Source: Botryllus schlosseri (taxonomy: Eukaryota). Taken from it: DNA of 64,000 nt. The notes below the pieces were generated by a model that had not been told where the DNA came from, ran no database searches, and saw nothing but the letters and a program-made list of their open reading frames with translations. Positions 62,401-64,000 of this stretch are shown piece by piece. Both the position numbers and the translations under genes were made by a program. How positions within the stretch are numbered: the stretch's first letter is position 1; each line of letters opens with the position of its first letter. The stretch covers positions 20,832,001-20,896,000 of the forward strand of contig CM119374.1 in assembly GCA_051294905.1 (NCBI GenBank). Reading direction: 5' to 3'.

Positions 62401-63315
62401 TTGCAGATTGGACGCAATTTTTAAATTGACAAAGTTAATTGACTAAATCTTAAAGGACTTTTGCACGATTTGAACAAAACAGGGGCACACCAGGAAACAT
62501 GTCTGCTTATAAATATTTTGGTAATTTTAAAGTTATGATGACCCATTATCTTATCCAGCTTAACCTTGCCCCAAACGTACCATACCATGCTAAATTAGAA
62601 ACCCAGTTCGCGGGCCGCACACCACTCAAAATTAGCATTTATTCACGGTCAGCACAAATGCTTTGTTATCGATTGTTGATGTACAATGTTCTTTCCAATT
62701 TTCTACTAGTTACTGACGATTGCCCCTGACGAGTGTCAGTCGAAAATATCCGGGTTCATTTCAATATGAATATAATGTTCAATTGTATATTGAAGTTCTC
62801 TACCTCCAAGACGCTCTAAAAACGCTTCATGTCAAGACTGGCAATAAAATATGGACATATTGATCACATCTAGCTGCATTTTCACATCCAGTGTGGGTGA
62901 TTGGAAAATATTCATTTGATGTATTCTATTTTTCTATTTACCATAGCAGATGTTTCTTTATAAAAACTGAAGGCATGAATTTTATTTGTATTTCCAACAT
63001 AGACGTAAAACGGAAGTGGAATAGTGATCATTCCGTAAATAGGCCTCTTGCTAACAACGGAAACATTCCTCTCACCGGTTAGGCAGTTGCTAATGGTAAC
63101 AACTGAGCTTTCGCACTGTGAATTAACAGCTTTGATCTCGACCGAGTACGACGAGCCAGATACCAAATCGCAGATCTGTGTCTCGGTGACATTTCTGTCC
63201 ACGACCCTCTCGCCGACAACGCTGATCTTGAAATTGTCCTGAGCCGACGTGAAATTGACTCCGATGCAAGTCGCGCTTGCCGGGCCACATACCGCGCTGG
63301 TGACAGGTGGCGGAC
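14361..63315 (-). CDS. Giant 5'-partial type I transmembrane FN3/SEA/cbEGF protein (58 exons, ~3300 aa in window; 25 FN3, 3 SEA, 19 EGF, TM, short tail)
   Basis: Manual splicing of 58 GT-AG exons. Summed length 9902 nt = 2+3300 codons with matching phases at every junction. FN3 W/Y and L-x-P/A-G-T-x-Y motifs, D-I-D-E-C cbEGF motifs, SEA-type segments, hydrophobic TM, then RRKR and stop. No signal-peptide exon found, so the gene continues beyond 64000. Confidence 0.9.
14545..14585 (-). CDS. exon 57: juxtamembrane EGF C-part
   Basis: 41 nt, 2/1; CTSSFTGSRCEDT. Confidence 0.86.
14819..14894 (-). CDS. exon 56: juxtamembrane EGF N-part
   Basis: 76 nt, 1/2; QCTDSYCSNGGTCIRSATNGSPSC. Confidence 0.88.
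14957..14983 (-). CDS. exon 55: 27-nt microexon supplying an EGF sixth Cys
   Basis: 1/1; (L)ASTGDSCI; strong TGTTTCAG acceptor and GTGAGT donor. Confidence 0.82.
15177..15630. mobile_element. abundant AGTAG/CTACT-rich MITE family (ends CAGA(G/T)GTGGT../CAGAGATGGTCA); representative copy
   Basis: Related copies at ~16380-16858, 17400-17590, 22650-23100, 24440-24570, 34887-34990, 37330-37432, 52200-52310, 59935-60170, 63380-63570. Confidence 0.6.
15836..16017 (-). CDS. exon 54: cbEGF parts
   Basis: 182 nt, 2/1; NANCANTPGNFTCTCNAGYTGDGSSCANDDECDTLSICFANATCTDTVGSYRCVCNTGFT. Confidence 0.92.
16962..17112 (-). CDS. exon 53: EGF + start of cbEGF
   Basis: 151 nt, 1/2; SNCSTLTCDAAGFCYEYNGEERCGCGSGYNLQGTVTCVDEDECTSGPCD. 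Confidence 0.9.
17169..17272 (-). CDS. exon 52: SEA-3 C-part
   Basis: 104 nt, 2/1; YVIETARPLPAVVVISDYYDATAGDDLFSTLPVL. Confidence 0.8.
17784..18024 (-). CDS. exon 51: SEA-3 N-part
   Basis: 241 nt, 1/2 (acceptor chosen among nearby AGs by phase); RYPKLVDD...YEYNSSLA...LDAEVQSQVTLRYPGDFTFVSALYTNGDGTSIVV. Confidence 0.78.
18859..19143 (-). CDS. exon 50: two cbEGF
   Basis: 285 nt, 1/1; TNCNNTDECANGSFDC...CVDTDECLQSSSLCHSNAVCDNTFGSYSCECDTYYVGDGVTSCI. Confidence 0.9.
19766..21410. mobile_element. non-autonomous hAT element (outer)
   Basis: TIR CAGTGGTTCTCAACC / GGTTGAGAACCACTG; TSD GGTTAGAT. Confidence 0.92.
20219..21061. mobile_element. non-autonomous hAT element nested in the former
   Basis: TIR CAGTGGTTCCCAA / TTGGGAACCACTG; TSD ATCTAGCA. 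Confidence 0.92.
21542..21653 (-). CDS. exon 49: cbEGF
   Basis: 112 nt, 0/1; ICSDIDECASSVCEDNFACNNTEGNYHCYCPNGFVEN. Confidence 0.9.
22134..22273 (-). CDS. exon 48: cbEGF
   Basis: 140 nt, 1/0; YVIDGEVCVDRDECSFNDSCSDTAVCQNTVGSFVCNCVTGYSGGND. Confidence 0.9.
22411..22520 (-). CDS. exon 47: cbEGF
   Basis: 110 nt, 2/1; GDPSTQCLDIDECQSITCTDGDCQNTVGSYYCVCKS. Confidence 0.9.
23490..24204 (-). CDS. exon 46: 715-nt exon with six cbEGF repeats
   Basis: 1/2; LECSDIDECDASPC...DINECDTPSVC...DIDECVSASC...DIDECTNLTIC...DINECNVATAC...DIDECLDESSC...CSCSVGF. Confidence 0.93.
25020..25127 (-). CDS. exon 45: EGF (lacking last Cys, supplied by exon 46)
   Basis: 108 nt, 1/1; INECLNMPSVCDGNASCADTDASFECSCNSGYTGD. 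Confidence 0.88.
25397..25485 (+). repeat. hammerhead-bearing element, degenerate copy
   Basis: TAGTTGCTGATGATTACCCCTGACAAGTGTCAGCTGAAAAATATTC...TTTCAATATGAATATA. Confidence 0.72.
25728..25840 (-). CDS. exon 44: SEA-2 C-part
   Basis: 113 nt, 2/1; VNTTVSDPISNETDLIAAFDGTAASKADFNTSQPLTT. Confidence 0.82.
26586..26784 (-). CDS. exon 43: SEA-2 N-part
   Basis: 199 nt, 1/2; PANIFTLEFALSSDFSFSVELRDTSSQLYKDYSQTV...ITVIGFFQGSVIA. Confidence 0.9.
27137..27379 (-). CDS. exon 42: FN3-25
   Basis: 243 nt, 1/1; TSAPANFARVSNAQDQRIQLSW...VLGTTYNYTIQAVNSEG. Confidence 0.9.
27785..27925 (-). CDS. exon 41: FN3-24 C-half
   Basis: 141 nt, 1/1; GTVTSTTNTSTTISGLSSGARYTVRVIVKYVYVGQSSGDVTQGVTI. Confidence 0.85.
28299..28409 (-). 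CDS. exon 40: FN3-24 N-half
   Basis: 111 nt, 1/1; ISSGPTFVISGTTSSGFDITITDVNDRESFEIEVSP. Confidence 0.83.
28466..30056 (-). mobile_element. internally deleted hAT (Charlie-type) transposon with transposase remnant
   Basis: TIR CAGGGGTCGGCAACC / GGTTGCCGACCCTTG; TSD ACATAGTA; minus-strand IASIFGSTYACEQ*F*TMKFKKSKLRSRISD (hAT C-terminal dimerisation motif). Confidence 0.9.
30437..30688 (-). CDS. exon 39: FN3-23
   Basis: 252 nt, 1/1; PSAPTLTLTNRTTDMLLLVW...LDPGTMYDIRVSAQNSAGSS. Confidence 0.92.
31554..31817 (-). CDS. exon 38: FN3-22
   Basis: 264 nt, 1/1; PLAPDFQISEVTANSISVTW...NLSPGTNYTIMLATVG. Confidence 0.9.
32847..32995 (-). CDS. exon 37: FN3-21 C-half
   Basis: 149 nt, 2/1, after a 60-nt intron; PSGFTKTVNSTANATTLTNLPSGTCFTIEITSVNSFGESSIIRGTDICT. 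Confidence 0.87.
33056..33164 (-). CDS. exon 36: FN3-21 N-half
   Basis: 109 nt, 1/2; PANATIPTATERGDTSISIVWATAAGADYYNVTVI. Confidence 0.87.
33776..34170. repeat. GACTCGAGTC-rich MITE-like element (second copy ~59665-59780)
   Basis: Both start GTAATGACTCGAGTCA and carry many GACTC/GAGTC units. Confidence 0.6.
34265..34404 (-). CDS. exon 35: FN3-20 C-half
   Basis: 140 nt, 2/1; NVASPTVEFNSKTPGVAYNATVVAISVKEGQGVQQFSEARSLSFET. Confidence 0.87.
34475..34607 (-). CDS. exon 34: FN3-20 N-half
   Basis: 133 nt, 1/2; PSAVSVINITTPVPQTWFRLLWESVIGADSYNVTVT. Confidence 0.87.
35971..36294. mobile_element. hAT MITE with 8 GGGGGCGA units
   Basis: CAGTGGTTCCCAAC ... GGTTGGAGAACCCCTG; TSD GTCTAGAA. Confidence 0.9.
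37047..37304 (-). CDS. exon 33: FN3-19
   Basis: 258 nt, 1/1; PNSPTRVSFQNINTNSLEVLW...LSPGNVYTVSVRARNGGGWS. Confidence 0.92.
37709..37836 (-). CDS. exon 32: FN3-18 C-half
   Basis: 128 nt, 2/1; GTSWTAGTELDFGMTYNATIVAITAARTVTQESMPYTISFQT. Confidence 0.87.
38345..38489 (-). CDS. exon 31: FN3-18 N-half
   Basis: 145 nt, 1/2; PSQVSSLLADTSNTQLRVVLNWNSVAGAQLYQISIT. Confidence 0.87.
38731..38979 (-). CDS. exon 30: FN3-17
   Basis: 249 nt, 1/1; APTAPVLELVNATTSSVSLKW...LTAGTVYSFTVQAENDGGNSTESTAFEQIT. Confidence 0.92.
39042..39180 (-). CDS. exon 29: FN3-16 C-half
   Basis: 139 nt, 0/1; ETKTVSGSTSVEFCQLLPATIYNASILSYYDAGTSAYSSDAVQQIT. Confidence 0.88.
39702..39829 (-). CDS. exon 28: FN3-16 N-half
   Basis: 128 nt, 1/0; LPPPSGIAISATNQTCFTVSWNEVPTATGYDITLTNISDGTT. 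Confidence 0.88.
40467..40730 (-). CDS. exon 27: Cys-containing FN3-15 (absent from ORF track)
   Basis: 264 nt, 1/1; PATPTIRQCSPLNATCFKLEW...DICGVTTGTLYSGSVFATNPVGSGAKNTTMTCHS. Confidence 0.9.
40856..41152 (+). mobile_element. tRNA-derived SINE (Deu/Nin-like core) in intron 26
   Basis: TAGCGGAGTGG (A box), GGTTCGATCCC (B box), then GGTCAGACCAAAGAC...GCTTGGCGCTCATGCATTA. Confidence 0.75.
41808..42071 (-). CDS. exon 26: FN3-14
   Basis: 264 nt, 1/1; PNPPDFSITAVTPTSITLTW...NLLPGAYYNLTMVAVS. Confidence 0.9.
42397..42520 (-). repeat. ~125-bp hammerhead-bearing dispersed element, copy with intact core
   Basis: Aligns by eye with 62693-62816 (+), 25397-25485 (+) and 53680-53712 (-). Confidence 0.8.
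42455..42496 (-). ncRNA. putative minimal type I hammerhead ribozyme
   Basis: Minus strand reads UGAUUA-CCC-CUGACGA-G-UGUCAGC-C-GAAA-AUAU-UC-GGG-AUCA: complete CUGANGA/GAAA/UH core, stem I, palindromic stem III. Confidence 0.6.
42710..42855 (-). CDS. exon 25: FN3-13 C-half
   Basis: 146 nt, 2/1; TSNALQETKNETNTALFTALSSGTCYTLRIKAVNEFGSSQTVERQICT. Confidence 0.87.
42932..43603. mobile_element. degenerate hAT remnant in intron 24
   Basis: CAGTGGCTCTCAAC left end and TTGAGAATCATTG right end; TSD not conserved. Confidence 0.5.
43949..45088 (+). pseudogene. Harbinger partner MADF (Myb/SANT-like) DNA-binding protein with BESS-like tail; disrupted
   Basis: Exons 43949-44087, 44150-44312, 44602-45088. 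LISLVRQHVH*YD...W..I...L and KWDSLRQKY...SGAG...W...MAFIEPY. In-frame TAA at 44000-44002 and two frame changes in exon 3. Confidence 0.8.
45149..46258 (-). CDS. Harbinger/PIF (HARBI1-like, DDE_Tnp_4-type) transposase; probable true start 46328 is out of frame by 1 nt
   Basis: 369-aa ORF with WVHP, EERLAVTLRFLAHG, AIDGKH (D), VGDEAFPL (D), RRVVENAFGIL (E), LHNF motifs. Confidence 0.92.
   Translation of the reverse strand: MQARSIWVHPILQRREQLGEYHRLVKEYELEREAHYFDYFRMKPQQFHYLIQLIGEDIAKLDTNWRKAVSVEERLAVTLRFLAHGDSFRTIAGSYRLGRSTVCNIVHETCTALWNNMRWTYMKTPSSASEWVEIAEKFEELWQFPNCVGAIDGKHVQMKCPANSGSLFYNYKGTYSVVLMAVVDAEYRIRFAQVGSYGRESDGGIFRDSPFGRALAANELQLLADREVDPGKPPLPYVFVGDEAFPLSYHLMRPYPGKYLAQPRYVYNKRLSRARRVVENAFGILVQRFRILLKPVPLKVENVDSIMVKAICCLHNFLLKHSPNYTECSTDDIIPEDRSMDHYTGNSTTIAKNVRNAYTDYFNSHPIIH
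46903..47011 (-). CDS. exon 24: FN3-13 N-half
   Basis: 109 nt, 1/2; PSDPGEPMVITKEASSIELNWTLSVGADRYELSLL. Confidence 0.87.
47581..47720 (-). CDS. exon 23: FN3-12 C-half
   Basis: 140 nt, 2/1; TANDVTIEFTGRSEGTEYSVSIVAKTDSSLYGAQQTSAATTLTLKT. Confidence 0.85.
47783..47918 (-). CDS. exon 22: FN3-12 N-half
   Basis: 136 nt, 1/2; PLSVDGLGVTTPVAQTSFVLTWNAVTGASSYDVTVT. Confidence 0.87.
48418..48681 (-). CDS. exon 21: FN3-11
   Basis: 264 nt, 1/1; APSIPTNARITSITTTSFAVEW...LSPGVAYDITVRARNTGGWS. Confidence 0.92.
48849..48979 (-). CDS. exon 20: FN3-10 C-half
   Basis: 131 nt, 2/1; TNGWTGTDSILSDGHEYTIEVKAETAARTVTQVGSMASLLFTT. Confidence 0.85.
49264..49411 (-). CDS. exon 19: FN3-10 N-half
   Basis: 148 nt, 1/2; PTAVTGLAAATDNVQRNVAVTWDSIQGAAKYQITLK. 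Confidence 0.87.
50236..50502 (-). CDS. exon 18: FN3-9
   Basis: 267 nt, 1/1; APTSPTLSFSSASETSISLSW...LDAGTVYSFTVYAENAGGNSSESTALEQIT. Confidence 0.92.
51086..51224 (-). CDS. exon 17: FN3-8 C-half
   Basis: 139 nt, 0/1; TLYNPVDSSPALFCNLQVSATYSASVSSFYESGESSFTTDGVSQIT. Confidence 0.85.
51610..51728 (-). CDS. exon 16: FN3-8 N-half
   Basis: 119 nt, 1/0; LPPPTNVRISVVNQSCLEVHWDANSFAKSFNATLTSNDQ. Confidence 0.87.
51796..52062 (-). CDS. exon 15: Cys-containing FN3-7
   Basis: 267 nt, 1/1; PGPVTGARCAAVSATCFKLEW...VCQVETGRLYNATVTASNDVGSGESVAITNCHT. Confidence 0.9.
52459..52579 (-). CDS. exon 14: FN3-6 C-half (alternative in-frame acceptor would extend it to 52618)
   Basis: 121 nt, 0/1; SVTTRNFAGLSPGTSYELKVNVVLPVLGRSELYFEAVQVT. 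Confidence 0.75.
53132..53250 (-). CDS. exon 13: FN3-6 N-half
   Basis: 119 nt, 1/0; VYSISDVTTQSISMSWTAIQGVPNYISSSNPFIADPVID. Confidence 0.85.
53318..53575 (-). CDS. exon 12: FN3-5
   Basis: 258 nt, 1/1; STVTGVTLYNITKDGMDVAY...PIGTPYQVSVAY. Confidence 0.88.
53680..53712 (-). repeat. hammerhead-bearing element, truncated fragment
   Basis: GTCAGGTGTAATCATCAGCAACTAGTAGA matches the 42484-42512 segment. Confidence 0.55.
54822..55088 (-). CDS. exon 11: FN3-4
   Basis: 267 nt, 1/1; AKVPSLTVTALGSSSIRVQF...VASGNVYLVSVTPEVDG. Confidence 0.88.
56031..56198 (-). CDS. exon 10: FN3-3 C-half
   Basis: 168 nt, 1/1; ECGNVSQSYNVPGLTVTVSDLTSNTRCSVRVQAF...SVTVTT. Confidence 0.85.
56946..57056 (-). CDS. exon 9: FN3-3 N-half
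   Basis: 111 nt, 1/1; STSTTAPPTVSVSNPTANGFDISWSQVNSAIQYVSL. Confidence 0.85.
57184..57720. mobile_element. MITE with AGGGTTGGGCA / TGCCCAGCCC ends and GAGTA/TACTCGA repeats
   Basis: Inverted termini; internal ~30-bp tandem duplication at ~57496-57555. Confidence 0.65.
57882..57979 (-). CDS. exon 8: SEA-1 C-part
   Basis: 98 nt, 2/1; (Y)SGSTGAIFDGEKNSASTLDISTATLTDGEAGS. Confidence 0.75.
58138..58303 (-). CDS. exon 7: SEA-1 N-part
   Basis: 166 nt, 1/2; SPTERIFARFTDITYNTSLLDRSHPYFSEVSITCQQRIETAVPGLYTTLTIVGF. Confidence 0.82.
58649..59103. repeat. inverted repeat, ~85-bp arms (58649-58733 / 59021-59103)
   Basis: AATTGCTTTCATCACAACAT.CATT.CAA.AATACATTTAT.ATAACT.GAAGACTT present on opposite strands. 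Confidence 0.8.
59413..59590 (-). CDS. exon 6: FN3-2 C-half
   Basis: 178 nt, 0/1; FKLYNATGG...EFGNLTAGTTYSVTGRILT...ALTITT. Confidence 0.8.
60307..60395 (-). CDS. exon 5: FN3-2 N-half
   Basis: 89 nt, 1/0; ILAAPVQVSVFEMGFIVQLQPKGSFGSYE; supplies the phase needed by exon 6; weak acceptor. Confidence 0.65.
60457..60585 (-). CDS. exon 4: cbEGF
   Basis: 129 nt, 1/1; DIDECQEGYANDCVSNSDCTNAAGNYSCSCKAGYQGVGTDLCL. Confidence 0.92.
61372..61494 (-). CDS. exon 3: cbEGF
   Basis: 123 nt, 1/1; [41 protein letters not shown]. Confidence 0.92.
62017..62139 (-). CDS. exon 2: cbEGF
   Basis: 123 nt, 1/1; [41 protein letters not shown]. Confidence 0.92.
62693..62816 (+). repeat. hammerhead-bearing element, copy with U16.1>C change
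   Basis: CCC-CTGACGA-G-TGTCAGT-C-GAAA-ATAT-CC-GGG followed by the shared TTTCAATATGAATATA...GAAGTTCT.TACCTCCAAGA tract. Confidence 0.78.
63076..63315 (-). CDS. exon 1 (in window): Cys-containing FN3-1
   Basis: 240 nt, phase 1/1; PPPVTSAVCGPASATC...LVSGSSYSVEIKAVNSQCESSVVTISNCLT. Confidence 0.85.
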
Positions 63316-64000
63316 CTGGAACGAAAAACAGGATTGACTGTGTAATCGGAAAATCAATCATGACCGGAGCTGGTACGCAAGCAGAAGTAGAAGTATCCTT
63401 GTAGATTTCTACACAAGTACAAGTAGAAGAAGAGATATCCAAGTAGGTAAAAAAAGAAAGCACTCTAGGCCTAGTTCTGCCTATCGGCCGGAAACGGTCT
63501 GGTAGAAGTAGGAGTAACCACTTCAGTAACTAAACGTAGAAGTAGGCCACTTTGTTTCTGACCATCTCTGATTTCGACCATTTGTACTTGCTACCGTCTT
63601 GAGGTTTTGTCCCCTTTTTTACGAGAGGGCTAAAAAGGGGAGATAGGTGTTTCATAAAAATTTGACAGAGAAGGTAATTGAGAGAATTTATTGTGTTGGT
63701 CATCTTTCTAGATTCTCATTTTACTGTTACTGGGTTTGTTGTAGGACTAATTACGAATTTTGTCAATTTGAATCAGTACAGCGGATTCGACATTCGGACA
63801 CATTTTTTAAACTTTTGGATTGTCATTTCAGAATATAATTCAACCTTCAAGTCTACATTTAAGATTTTATTTTGGATAAGCATTAGACCTATAACCATAA
63901 ATCTGTTATTACCGCTAGTTCAATTAAATATTATAAAAAACGTGAAAAAAGGATTTTATGGATGCCGTCCCAAAGCCCTGGTGATTGATTTGATAATTGA

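Overview
AT-rich animal genomic DNA, probably an invertebrate deuterostome such as an ascidian (inferred from domain repertoire, intron sizes and MITE load; not proven). About 49 kb (14361-63315, minus strand) is one giant spliced gene. I reconstructed 58 GT-AG exons by hand (9902 nt, phases consistent at every junction, about 3300 aa). The gene is 5'-partial and encodes a type I membrane protein: FN3-EGFx3-FN3-SEA-FN3x23-SEA-EGFx12-SEA-EGFx4-TM-11 aa tail. Its FN3 array contains an old tandem duplication of 12 exons (8 domains). The introns hold a two-gene PIF/Harbinger transposon (DDE transposase plus a broken MADF gene), several hAT elements with perfect 8-bp target-site duplications (TSDs; one nested), other MITE families and a tRNA-derived SINE. 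They also hold a 4-copy short element whose best copy matches a minimal type I hammerhead ribozyme on the host pre-mRNA strand. The 1-14 kb region has no gene I can identify. It contains MITEs, a SINE and a diverged duplicated segment carrying a decayed, unidentified coding sequence.
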